Of a DNA stretch of 64,000 bases, positions 32,812-42,443 are shown in pieces (positions within the stretch are counted from its first letter, which is position 1; every line of letters begins with the position of its first letter). The notes below the pieces were generated by a model. It searched no databases and was not told the origin of the DNA. It was given only the letters and a program-made list of their open reading frames with translations. The DNA comes from an uncultured Phycisphaerales bacterium (GTDB lineage Bacteria > Planctomycetota > Phycisphaerae > Tepidisphaerales > Tepidisphaeraceae): assembly GCA_963792535.1 (NCBI GenBank), contig CAWBWQ010000001.1, positions 320,001-384,000 on the forward strand. Reading direction: 5' to 3'. A program made the translations under genes and the position numbers.

Positions 32812-33471
32812 ATGTCTGAACACACCCATTCTCACGGTCATGCGCCGATCGAGGCAAATGAACGGATGAGTTACTACGAGATTATGGAGATCGCCGTTCG
32901 GGAACTGCTTGTCGACAAGCAGCTGATCGGCCCCGGTGAAATTCGCCGGCAAATCGAAGTTCTGGATTCGCGTACACCAGCGCTTGGAGCGAAGATCGTT
33001 GCCCGCGCGTGGGTCGACCCTGAATTTCGCAAGCGGCTCTTAGCCGACGGTCGTGGTGCCTGCGAAGAGATGGGCATCTCGTTCTACGATGACACCGGCC
33101 TGATCGTCGTTGAAAACACCGAGAAGGTGCATAACCTCCTCGTCTGCACACTCTGCTCATGCTATCCCCGGCCGGTTCTGGGCCTTCCGCCCGACTGGTA
33201 CAAACTCAAGCCGTATCGTGCCAAAGCCGTCAAAGAACCGCGCGCGTTGCTGGCCGAATTCGGCACGATCATTCCTGATGACGTGGAAATCCGCGTCAGC
33301 GACTCAACCGCGCAGGTTCGCTTCCTCGTGCTGCCGAGAAGACCGCTGGGAACCGACAATTTTACTGAAGAACAACTCGCCGCCCTGGTGACGCGAGATT
33401 CGATGATCGGCGTCGTCCCCGCCCAGAATCCCGCGGCTGCCGCGTCGGCGATCACCCCAACCGGAGATTGA
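32812..33471 (+). CDS. Cobalt-type nitrile hydratase alpha / thiocyanate hydrolase gamma-like catalytic subunit
   Basis: GAKIVARAWVDPEFR, metal motif VCTLCSCY, LVTRDSMIG; His-rich N-terminus. Confidence 0.93.
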   Translation: MSEHTHSHGHAPIEANERMSYYEIMEIAVRELLVDKQLIGPGEIRRQIEVLDSRTPALGAKIVARAWVDPEFRKRLLADGRGACEEMGISFYDDTGLIVVENTEKVHNLLVCTLCSCYPRPVLGLPPDWYKLKPYRAKAVKEPRALLAEFGTIIPDDVEIRVSDSTAQVRFLVLPRRPLGTDNFTEEQLAALVTRDSMIGVVPAQNPAAAASAITPTGD

Positions 33472-33472
33472 A

Positions 33473-33835
33473 ATGAACACCACCGAAGAATTACTAAAGA
33501 CGCTTCCAAATGATATCGGCGGCGTGGAATCGGATCGTTTCCAGCGTATCGATCTCCCCATGGAGCCGTGGGAAAAGCGGTGCCATGCGCTGGCCGATGT
33601 GCTGGACTTTCACAAGATTATCAATACCGAGGAAAAGCGCCGCGGCGTCGAAGCCATGGGCAGTGAAATGATCGGCAAGCTCACCTACTACCAGCGATGG
33701 ATTGCCGTTTTCGCAACCATCCTGTTTCAAAAACGAATCCTGACGCCCGGCGAGCTCGCCATGAAAATGGATGAGGTCGAAACACGCTACGCAACAGAGC
33801 AAATATCATGCACAACCTCGCATTCCAAAGAGTAA
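33473..33835 (+). CDS. Nitrile hydratase beta N-terminal / thiocyanate hydrolase beta-like subunit
   Basis: NDIGG, EPWEKR, EEKRRGVEAMG, YYQRWI. Confidence 0.85.
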   Translation: MNTTEELLKTLPNDIGGVESDRFQRIDLPMEPWEKRCHALADVLDFHKIINTEEKRRGVEAMGSEMIGKLTYYQRWIAVFATILFQKRILTPGELAMKMDEVETRYATEQISCTTSHSKE

Positions 33836-34249
33836 GCCCGACCTGTGCGCTGACAACAAAGCGGATTGTCACCGCGCAGGTTTCCCTGTGCGTCGGTTGT
33901 TGCTGTGGAAACACGGCTCGAGGAAAGCCCGAGGTTCCCGTCGACCGACTCAAGCAGGAATGGCGCGCGCAAGGGACTGTCCAAAGTCGTTCAGCTCACC
34001 GTGAGCGGATGCCTGGGCCCTTGCGATCTTGTCAACGTTGTCCGCATCTCCGGCGACGGTGATGACGTCTGGCTGGGCAACCTCCGTTCGGTTGAGGACT
34101 ACCTCGATCTCGTGGAGTGGGCCCAGCGCAGCAAAGAACAAGGTCGATTAGCTCCGCTCACCCAACGAATGCGCGAGAGCCGCTTCGATCCATTTCGCCC
34201 TGCCGAGCCACAAATTGCTGGCTTGCCCGAAATGAAAGGCATTTTGTGA
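33808..34249 (+). CDS. Cys-rich thioredoxin-like [2Fe-2S] ferredoxin-domain protein; frameshift ~33968
   Basis: CVGCCCG in the first frame and SGCLGPC in the second; overlaps both neighbours. Confidence 0.7.
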
Positions 34250-34938
34250 ACTCAACTCTACTAATTGCTCTCGCACTTGGGATGCGTCACGGCACGGACC
34301 CCGATCACCTCACGGCGATCGATGGTTTGTCGCGTATCAAGCCTCGCGTCACGAACGGGTTGTTCTTCGCCCTCGGCCACGGCGTGGTGGTAACGCTTCT
34401 CGCCGTTGGGGTCGGTGGCGTGGTCTCCAATCGCGTTGCGTTCCTCGGCCCCTGGGTGCTCATCCTGATTGGAATCATCAATCTTTGGCGCGTTTTTCGG
34501 CCATCGCATGCACATCATGCGATTCCGCGTCCGTTGATCGCGCAGCCTTTTCTGCTGGGCATGCTCCTCGCCGCGGGGTTTGAAACCGCGTCGCAGTTCG
34601 CGGCGTTGATACTTACTAACCAGATGAACGCGTGGCTGGTCGGGGCCGCGTTTACCGTTGGGATGGTGATCGTAGATGGCGTCGACGGCTACCTTGCTGC
34701 GACCACTCAGTATCTCGCAACCGCCGGCAACCCTGCTGCCGCCACCGCTTCACGTTGGCTGGGTGTGCTCGTCGTCGCGTTTTCATTCGGTCTCGGCGGC
34801 GCGGAACTGCTTGGGTTGGACCTGGACCGCATCGCTTTGCCAATAGGTCTGCTGTTGTTTGCAAGCGTAATTTCGATTCGCCTTTGGGCGCGGTCCGAAA
34901 CTTCAAAACTTTCCCACGCCGCTGCGACTGTCAGTTGA
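34246..34938 (+). CDS. NiCoT/HoxN-like nickel-cobalt transporter
   Basis: RHGTDPDHLTAID (RH...DH signature), FALGHG, GFETASQ; GTGA overlap with the previous gene. Confidence 0.85.
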   Translation: MNSTLLIALALGMRHGTDPDHLTAIDGLSRIKPRVTNGLFFALGHGVVVTLLAVGVGGVVSNRVAFLGPWVLILIGIINLWRVFRPSHAHHAIPRPLIAQPFLLGMLLAAGFETASQFAALILTNQMNAWLVGAAFTVGMVIVDGVDGYLAATTQYLATAGNPAAATASRWLGVLVVAFSFGLGGAELLGLDLDRIALPIGLLLFASVISIRLWARSETSKLSHAAATVS

Positions 34939-34977
34939 TTCAGGGCACACAAAGGCCAAGGGTCACGGAATTTAATC

Positions 34978-36783
34978 ATGTGTTATAAATCCTGGCGATC
35001 GATCGCCATCGGTGGCGTTGTGATGTGTTCGCTCTCGCAAGGCTGCGGCGACAATGTCGCACAGAGTCCAAAGCCAGCCAGCACTCTTTTGACTGCCACC
35101 GATCCCGGCCAACCTGCGACTTTCGGGCAGGCAATGATGCAGAGCATGTCGACAATGGATCATGCCATGTCAGCCGCCCCCATGACCGGCGACCCGGATC
35201 ACGACTTCGCAGCCATGATGATTCCTCACCACCAGGGTGCGATCGACATGGCCGTGCCATACCTCCTGCACGGTAAGGATCCCACGCTCCGTCGCCTGGC
35301 CGAGGAGATCATTGTCAGCCAGAAGCAGGAGATCGAAGTGATGCAGCTTCGGCTGGACGCACTTGAAAAACGTGAACACAAAGACGTTCAACCGTCACCG
35401 CCGACGACTCGGGCTTCGGCGGGTCGTGACCGTGTTTACACCGCCGATCAGACATCCAACACCGTCTCAGTAATTGATCCGGCTTCGAACACGTTACTAG
35501 GGGTCATTCGCCTTGGTGATCCTGTGCCCGACGCCCTGAGTCCGCTGTATCGCGGCCAACTGCTGGTCCACGGCATGGGCTTTTCACCGGACCATCGGAC
35601 GATTGCCGTCGTTTCAGTAGGCTCGAACTCTGTGACGTTCATCGATACCGCCACAAACTCGGTAAAAGGCACCGTATACGTCGGACGCTCGCCACACGAA
35701 GCCTTTTTTACTCCCGATGGTAAGCAACTATGGGTGACGGTTCGCGGGGAGAATTATGTCTCCGTGATCGACGCGGTCACCATGAAAGAAACGCGCCGCA
35801 TTCAAACCGCAAACGGGCCGGGCATGGTGCTCGTCCGACCGGACGGAAAATATGCCTTTGTCCCATCCAGCTTCACGCCTGAGTTGGATGTGGTCGATGT
35901 GCAGACTTATGAAGTGGTGGCGAAGGTTCCGCAGGCAAGCCCGTTCTCGCCGAACCTGGCTGTGAGCCGCGATGGGACCGAAGTGTGGTTCACACTGAAA
36001 GATTCCGGCAAAACGCAGGTGATGAGCGCGGCCCCGCCGTTTCGAATATCAGCAACCCTCGACACGGGCCCGATCACTAATCATGTCACGCTTGTAGATA
36101 ACGCCGACGGTAAGTTCGCATACATCTCAGTGGGCGAGGAAAATACGGTGAAAATCTATCGCCGTGGGATCAAGCCAGAGCTGGTGGCAAAAATTCCTAC
36201 AGGCGACCTGCCGCACGGTCTGTGGGGATCAGCCGATGGAACGCGTGTATACGTCGGCCTGGAGAACCAGGACGCCGTCTCAGCCATCGATACCCATACC
36301 AATACCGTGATCGCTACCATTCCAATCGGCCAGCAACCGCAGGCATTGGTCTACGTTCCCGACGCGGTTCCAGATGGCGACGGCACAGCGAACTTGACAC
36401 CGCTCGAGCACACCGGCGACGCCCTGCACCTCACGCTCATTCCCTCCACATCCAACACTTCCAAGGCCCACGCGACTGTTTCGGTTAATGCAATTGGGCC
36501 TCTGGATCTGCTCGAAGCAGCCGTCTCCGGCTTGAAGCCAGGCCAGATGTACACGTTGTGGCTCGTCTCCTCGCAATCTACGGCGGCAGGGGATCGCGAA
36601 GCTCTCGTCACGTTCAAAACCAATATCGCCGGTGCGCAGGTCACTCAGGCAATCGCACCGTTGCGAAGGGTTCTTGCGCAACAACTTGATGGCGCGATCC
36701 AGCGTGGCGAGCAACGCTTCCTGATGGTCACAGAAGCCGGCAAGGATTCACCCGTCCTCACACAAGGCGACCTTCAGCCCTGA
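34978..36783 (+). CDS. Lipoprotein fusing DUF305 (ferritin-like, Met/His-rich) and a YVTN/YncE beta-propeller
   Basis: Lipobox SQGC; DHDFAAMMIPHHQGAIDMA; YTADQTSNTVSVID and YVG.E..D.VSAID repeats. Confidence 0.8.
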   Translation: MCYKSWRSIAIGGVVMCSLSQGCGDNVAQSPKPASTLLTATDPGQPATFGQAMMQSMSTMDHAMSAAPMTGDPDHDFAAMMIPHHQGAIDMAVPYLLHGKDPTLRRLAEEIIVSQKQEIEVMQLRLDALEKREHKDVQPSPPTTRASAGRDRVYTADQTSNTVSVIDPASNTLLGVIRLGDPVPDALSPLYRGQLLVHGMGFSPDHRTIAVVSVGSNSVTFIDTATNSVKGTVYVGRSPHEAFFTPDGKQLWVTVRGENYVSVIDAVTMKETRRIQTANGPGMVLVRPDGKYAFVPSSFTPELDVVDVQTYEVVAKVPQASPFSPNLAVSRDGTEVWFTLKDSGKTQVMSAAPPFRISATLDTGPITNHVTLVDNADGKFAYISVGEENTVKIYRRGIKPELVAKIPTGDLPHGLWGSADGTRVYVGLENQDAVSAIDTHTNTVIATIPIGQQPQALVYVPDAVPDGDGTANLTPLEHTGDALHLTLIPSTSNTSKAHATVSVNAIGPLDLLEAAVSGLKPGQMYTLWLVSSQSTAAGDREALVTFKTNIAGAQVTQAIAPLRRVLAQQLDGAIQRGEQRFLMVTEAGKDSPVLTQGDLQP

Positions 36784-36977
36784 TAGGAAACTAATGTTTC
36801 CGTCGGGCCAGGTCTCTATCCGGTAAGCCTTCGACTCTCGCCTTTAGATTCACATAAACGCCGATAATTCACGTTTTATTCGCGGCCCAAGGATTGCTTT
36901 AGCGAGAGTCGAGTCAATGTACTTCGATCCTGCAGTTGAGTTTTATTCCTGCTGATCTGCTCCAACAAAAGGTCCCA

Positions 36978-37310
36978 ATGCGTGTCGCAAAGTTTTCCCT
37001 TGTGGCTTTATTGCTCATCGTTAGCGCGGGGTGTGAGAGCACAACGCCGACTGCCTCCCACGTTATGTCTGAAGGTCCGCAGCGAGCGGTCCTTGTAAGT
37101 ACCAACGGCGGAAGCACCACGATCTTCCTTCCATCGAACGATCCGAAGAAGCCTCTCATGCTATGCAGCGCCGGGGCAGAGATGTGCTCTGAATGTAAGG
37201 CGGCAGCGGTCAAGTATTTCGAAGACGGAGTGCTCGAGCCCAAGTGCCCTAAGTGCGGCGCGACCCGAACACTGCTTGCCCCGTCTACGCCCGACATTGC
37301 ACATCAGTGA
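36978..37310 (+). CDS. Small lipoprotein with two CxxC motifs
   Basis: Lipobox SAGC; CSEC and CPKC. Confidence 0.65.
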   Translation: MRVAKFSLVALLLIVSAGCESTTPTASHVMSEGPQRAVLVSTNGGSTTIFLPSNDPKKPLMLCSAGAEMCSECKAAAVKYFEDGVLEPKCPKCGATRTLLAPSTPDIAHQ

Positions 37311-37352
37311 GTCCGACTGCTTTTGCGGAATGATTTTTGAAGGAAGTCTCAC

Positions 37353-38327
37353 ATGTTGAAGCCATCGATAACAAATTCCAATACCACGTTTGGCATATCT
37401 CGCCGTCGCTTCATCGCTACGGCAAGTCTCACCGCAGCGGCGGTGATGTGCGCACCCCGCAGGCTTTTCGCGGAAGACGGCACCATCGTCGGGAAAATCA
37501 ACGAAGTCGCTGCGATGAATAAGATCACCGTGCAGCCGCTGCGGGGGAATTTGAGTGTGCTCATGGGCTCCGGCGGGAACATTGCTGTGTTGCCCGGTCG
37601 CGATGGAAAGCTGCTGATTGATGCCGGAATTGCCGTCTCGCAACCGGGAATCACCAAAGCCCTGAACGGCATCAGCGACGACCCAATTCGGCATCTCGTC
37701 AGCACGCACTGGCACTTCGACCACACCAATGGAAACAATTGGCTGCACGAGGCCGGCGCGGAAATCACAGCTCACGAAAACACGCGCAAGCGTCTTCTGG
37801 TTCGTCATCGCGTGCAGGGTTGGCGTTTCACTTTTCCGGCTGCGCCAAAAGGGGGGTTGCCAACGACGCTGTTTAAGGACCACCTCACGCTGGATCTCAA
37901 CGGTGAGCAAATCGAGCTGGATTACTACCTGCCCGCTCACACCGATAGCGACATCTCGGTGCATTTTACAAAAGCGGATGTGATTCACGTAGCCGACACA
38001 TTCTGGAACGGTGTTTATCCGTTCATTGATACCTCGTCGGGCGGAAACATCGACGGATCAATCGCCGCCGCCGAAGCGAATGTTGCCCGAGTGGGCGATC
38101 AGACCATTGTGATCCCAGGCCACGGGCCGGTTGGCAACAAAGCGGACCTCATCGAATTTCGTGACATGTTGGTTGCGATTCGCGAGAAGGTTTCCGCCCT
38201 GAAGGAGTCCGGCAGGACACTCGAGCAAACGCAAGCCGCCAGGCCAACCGCGGAGTTTGACCACAAGTGGGGCGGCTTCGTCATTTCTCCAGACCTATTT
38301 ATCGAGACCGTTTACCAGGGTGTTTAA
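37353..38327 (+). CDS. Tat-exported MBL-fold metallo-hydrolase (cyclase-like)
   Basis: SRRRFI Tat motif; THWHFDHTNGN, AHTDSD, IPGHG. Confidence 0.88.
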   Translation: MLKPSITNSNTTFGISRRRFIATASLTAAAVMCAPRRLFAEDGTIVGKINEVAAMNKITVQPLRGNLSVLMGSGGNIAVLPGRDGKLLIDAGIAVSQPGITKALNGISDDPIRHLVSTHWHFDHTNGNNWLHEAGAEITAHENTRKRLLVRHRVQGWRFTFPAAPKGGLPTTLFKDHLTLDLNGEQIELDYYLPAHTDSDISVHFTKADVIHVADTFWNGVYPFIDTSSGGNIDGSIAAAEANVARVGDQTIVIPGHGPVGNKADLIEFRDMLVAIREKVSALKESGRTLEQTQAARPTAEFDHKWGGFVISPDLFIETVYQGV

Positions 38328-38390
38328 AGCCGCCGGAATTCGCAGTCGTGCCGCTCGTAGTTTGCTTTGCAACCAGAAGAGGACGCTTTT

Positions 38391-39293
38391 ATGAAACGCA
38401 CAGTATTGATCACAGGTGCAACCGGGGACACGGGACGAGCGGCAGTTGAAGAATCAAACAAACGCGGCATGAATGTCCGCGCGATGGTGCATCGCATAAA
38501 CGATCGCTCGGTGGAACTGGAGAAGCTTGGGGCTGAGGTTCTAACCGGCGATCTCCATCTGATCGACGAAATCAGTGCGGCGATGGAAGGGGTCGATGCA
38601 GCCTATTTTGTGTATCCAGTCGATCCCGGCGTCGTGGACGCGACCGTTAAATTCGCCCAGGCGGCTATAGAAGCAGGTGTCGCGGCGATCGTGAATCTAT
38701 CGCAACGGTCGGCCAGTCGCACCTCGAGGAGCCATTCGTGCCAGGACACCTGGATTGCCGAGAGGGTGCTTAACAACTTCGGTCTTGCGGTTACGCATCT
38801 CCGTCCTACTTATTTTCTTGAATGGCTCTTGTACCCCTGGCAGCTACCGGAGTTTATTGAAAAAGATATTCTTCGACTGCCTGTTGGCGACGGGCGTCAC
38901 GCCCCCATTGCCGCGGCCGATCAGGGAAGAGTGATCGCCGCCATCCTGCAAAACCCGGCTGCACACGCCGGCCAGACTTACCCGTTGTTTGGCCCGGTCG
39001 AGATGAACCACGAACAGATGGCAGCCGAACTGACCGAAGCGCTCGGCCGCAGAATTGTGTTCCAGAATGTGTCCATCGACGAGTATTGCGAGCCACTAGG
39101 TGCGATGGGGTTGTCGGCCTACATGATCCAGCACTTTCGCGGCGCGATGATTGATTACCAGCACGGCGTAATGTCGGGAATGAACGACAACGTCGAGAGA
39201 TTGTCCGGCCAGAAGCCCATGACCGTCGGCGAGTTCGCGCTTACACATCGATCAACTAAATCCAAAGCCCATTCCCGTGGCTTAAACAAGTGA
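38391..39293 (+). CDS. NmrA-family NAD(P)H-binding protein
   Basis: ITGATGDTG Rossmann motif; THLRPTYFLE. Confidence 0.85.
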   Translation: MKRTVLITGATGDTGRAAVEESNKRGMNVRAMVHRINDRSVELEKLGAEVLTGDLHLIDEISAAMEGVDAAYFVYPVDPGVVDATVKFAQAAIEAGVAAIVNLSQRSASRTSRSHSCQDTWIAERVLNNFGLAVTHLRPTYFLEWLLYPWQLPEFIEKDILRLPVGDGRHAPIAAADQGRVIAAILQNPAAHAGQTYPLFGPVEMNHEQMAAELTEALGRRIVFQNVSIDEYCEPLGAMGLSAYMIQHFRGAMIDYQHGVMSGMNDNVERLSGQKPMTVGEFALTHRSTKSKAHSRGLNK

Positions 39294-39321
39294 GCCATTA
39301 TTTTTACCGAAGGATCCGACC

Positions 39322-39687
39322 ATGAATGAAGCATCCAAAATATCGAACGCTGCGTCTAAACCGTCCAATCGACCTTTTCCTGATGTACCGACGACACGGA
39401 TAATGGCGTACGGCCGGTTTACCTCTCCGCCAACGCCCGAGCAGGTTAAGTCTATTTTTCCACGTGAGGTTCCAGCAACAGTTCGCCTGTACCTCGCCGG
39501 AAAGATCGATCAATGGTGGGCGCGTCAGGATCAGACAGGACCGGTCTTCATCTTGAATACCACATCAATTCCTGAAGCCCGCGCCATCCTGGAAAAACTT
39601 CCGCTGGGTGAAGCAAAGCTCATGGAATTCGAATTCACCGAGCTCACCCCATTGGCACCGCTTCACTGGCTGCTCGGCGCAGGTTGA
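39322..39687 (+). CDS. Small muconolactone-isomerase-like protein
   Basis: E......LY..GKI..WW.R....G.VF.LN......A...L..LPL pattern. Confidence 0.55.
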   Translation: MNEASKISNAASKPSNRPFPDVPTTRIMAYGRFTSPPTPEQVKSIFPREVPATVRLYLAGKIDQWWARQDQTGPVFILNTTSIPEARAILEKLPLGEAKLMEFEFTELTPLAPLHWLLGAG

Positions 39688-39721
39688 TCGGCCACCGATG
39701 TCACACCGAAGGAGTAGGACC

Positions 39722-40711
39722 ATGTTTGAACCAGGCTCGATACAACACACGTCCGTTTCACGCCGCGGTTTGCTAATTGGTGGTTTGACCGCACTAGCGG
39801 CCGCTGCACTGCCGACCCTGCCCGGCTGTGCATCAACAGGCGAACCGGCAGCATCAACTACTTTGTTTACTAACCCAGGAAAGAAACCCATGAACACAAT
39901 TACCACTAAAGACGGCACGCAGATTTATTTTAAGGATTGGGGGACCGGCCAGCCCGTAGTCTTCAGCCATGGATGGCCGTTATCCGCCGACGCGTTTGAA
40001 GATCAGATGTTCTTCTTCGCGTCGCGCGGATATCGCTGCATCGCCCACGATCGCCGGGGCCATGGACGCTCCAGCCAGCCGTGGAACGGCAACGATCTGG
40101 ACACCTACGCGGACGATCTCGCCGAGCTAACCGAGAAACTCGACCTGCAAAACGCGATTCACGTTGGCCATTCCACCGGCGGTGGCGAAGTCACACGCTA
40201 TATCGGCCGCCACGGCACCGGGCGCGTTGCAAAGGCTGTCCTCATCGGGGCAATTCCGCCGCTGATGTTGAAGACGCCGGCTAATCCTGCCGGGCTGCCC
40301 ATCGATGCATTTGACCAGCTTCGGGCGGCGGTCGTCGAGGATCGGTCTAAATTCTGGAAGGACCTGAGCATGCTATTCTACGGTTACAACCGTCCAGGCG
40401 CGTTGATCTCCGAAGGAGTGCGCGACTCGTTCTGGTTGCAGAGCATGATGGCGGGCTTTCCGGCTTCATACTTTTGCATCAAGGCGTTTTCCGAAACGGA
40501 TCTCACCGAGGACCTCAAACGGTTTGATGTGCCGACACTCATCCTGCACGGCGACGATGACCAGATCGTACCGATCGGCGCATCGGCCATGCTGTCCTCG
40601 AAGATCGTCAGGAACGCCAAGCTTGTGGTCTACAAAGGCGCGCCGCACGGCATGTGCACGACCTTGAAACACCGAGTGAACGAAGAACTGTTTGCCTTTT
40701 TTCGTGCGTAA
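39722..40711 (+). CDS. cpo: Non-heme chloroperoxidase/arylesterase (alpha/beta hydrolase) with a Tat-lipoprotein-like extension
   Basis: [47 protein letters not shown]...LPGC. Confidence 0.85.
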   Translation: MFEPGSIQHTSVSRRGLLIGGLTALAAAALPTLPGCASTGEPAASTTLFTNPGKKPMNTITTKDGTQIYFKDWGTGQPVVFSHGWPLSADAFEDQMFFFASRGYRCIAHDRRGHGRSSQPWNGNDLDTYADDLAELTEKLDLQNAIHVGHSTGGGEVTRYIGRHGTGRVAKAVLIGAIPPLMLKTPANPAGLPIDAFDQLRAAVVEDRSKFWKDLSMLFYGYNRPGALISEGVRDSFWLQSMMAGFPASYFCIKAFSETDLTEDLKRFDVPTLILHGDDDQIVPIGASAMLSSKIVRNAKLVVYKGAPHGMCTTLKHRVNEELFAFFRA

Positions 40712-40800
40712 AACGCGACGGCAAGTTGCATCCGTGTCAGTTCGCAGGCCCTGTACGTCCGGCCACTCTGCAATTCACTTATACCTTCAGGAGATTTATC

Positions 40801-41783
40801 ATGGTCAACCGTTTTAATTACATTGCTGCGCTGGGCCTTTACGCCATCGCAATTGGGATCGTCCTTAGCCCGCCGGCGTTCGGCGACGACATCGCCGTGC
40901 ATTACCACACGGTGAAAATCGATGGCGTCAATATCTTTTACCGTGAAGCCGGTCCGAAAGACGCTCCGGCGGTTCTGTTGCTCCACGGCTTTCCCGCATC
41001 TTCGTTCATGTTTCGAAATCTTATTCCGCTACTGGCAACACGCTATCATGTGATCGCGCCGGATTATCCCGGCTACGGCCAAAGCGATGCGCCGGATCAT
41101 GCCTCGTTCAAATACACCTTTGATCACTTGGCAGGCATCGTTGATCAACTCACTCGGATGTTGAAGCTGGAAAAATTCGCGATTTACGTTCAGGACTACG
41201 GCGCCCTGTGGGATACCGCATCGCATCGGCGCATCCCGAACGCATCACCGGCATCATCGTGCAGAATGGGAACGCCTACATCGAAGGACTGCCTGACGCT
41301 TTCTGGGGCCCGATCGAAGCATACTGGGCCGATCGATCGCCGCAGAACCGCGCAAGGCTCGAAGGCGTGCTCACGCCTGACGGTTACAAATCACAATACC
41401 TCACCGGCGTCAAAGACCCGGCGGTTATCAGCCCTGATGGCTGGACCTCCGACGCGGCCAATCTTTCCCGCCCTGGCAATAAAGATATTCAGCTCGATCT
41501 CCTGCTCGACTACGGGTCCAACCCACCTTTGTATCCCAGGTGGCAGGAATACTTCCGAACCTCACAGCCACCGATGCTGATCGCCTGGGGTAAAAACGAT
41601 TTCATCTTCCCGCCCACCGGCGCAGAACCCTACAAGCGTGATATCAAAGATCTTGATTTCCACCTGCTTGATACCGGCCATTTTGCTCTGGAAGACAAAG
41701 GCCCCGAGATTGCCGGCCTGATGTTAAACTTTCTCGATAAGCATTCCGGAAATTCTCGCACCTCCATGGGGAGCGCACGCTGA
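40801..41783 (+). CDS. Secreted epoxide hydrolase/haloalkane dehalogenase-like alpha/beta hydrolase; frameshift ~41205
   Basis: [14 protein letters not shown], Asp nucleophile QDYG(APVG), [12 protein letters not shown]. Confidence 0.85.
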
Positions 41784-41817
41784 GATGTTTCTGCGAAACG
41801 CAAACCAGGGAGTTGTC

Positions 41818-42283
41818 ATGGTATCCCGTCCTCCACTGCCGCCATTTACGCTCGAAACAGCGATTCAAAAAGTCAGGCTTGCCGAAGACGGTTGGAATTC
41901 GCGAGACCCGCAGAAGGTAGCGATGGCATACACAGTTGATTCGCGATGGCGAAATCGGGCCGAATTCATTACTGGCCGGGAAAATATCACCGCGTTCCTC
42001 GCCCGCAAATGGTCTACCGAGTTGGATTACCGCCTGATCAAAGAGCTGTGGTGCTTTTGTGAGAACCGTATTGCCGTTCGTTTTGCGTACGAGTGCCGGG
42101 ACGACTCAGGCAATTGGAAGCGCGCGCATGGAAATGAAAACTGGGAGTTCGACGAGGCCGGCCTGATGCGCGAGACACGCCAGCATCAACGACTTGCCGA
42201 TCAATGAGTCGGACCGCAAATTTCACTGGGTGCTTGGCCGCCGACCCGACAATCACGCAAGCCTGTCTGATCTGGGACTTTGA
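41818..42283 (+). CDS. DUF1348 / SnoaL-like NTF2-family protein; frameshift ~42172
   Basis: RPPLPPFT...[14 protein letters not shown]...GNENWEFD; the C-terminus HASINDLPI...LSDLGL lies in another frame. Confidence 0.85.
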
Positions 42284-42331
42284 AGGAGAATCTCGTTCTC
42301 TTCCGTCCCTTACGAACCCTTCCCCATCGCC

Positions 42332-42369
42332 CCGCGCCGTGGTTTGCCCGACCACGGCGCGGTTTTTTT
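42332..42369 (+). terminator. Rho-independent terminator
   Basis: Perfect 12-bp stem CCGCGCCGTGGT/ACCACGGCGCGG followed by T7. Confidence 0.85.
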
Positions 42370-42416
42370 ACTTAGCTTTTCATTGCCTCACCTCGCACCT
42401 GCAGGGTCTCACCCTC

Positions 42417-42431
42417 CGGCACAGTTCTTGC
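42417..42431 (+). promoter_or_regulatory. Putative sigma54 promoter
   Basis: CGGCACAGTTCTTGC lies just after the terminator and 13 nt before ATG 42444. Confidence 0.6.
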
Positions 42432-42443
42432 CAAGCGCGAGGC

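Noticed and set aside
32812..33471. Nitrile-hydratase-leader (NHLP) RiPP precursor working with the PqqD-like protein
   Set aside because: The full catalytic CTLCSC motif and both beta fragments are present. There is no Gly-Gly core peptide or modifying enzyme, and the PqqD gene is 22 kb away.
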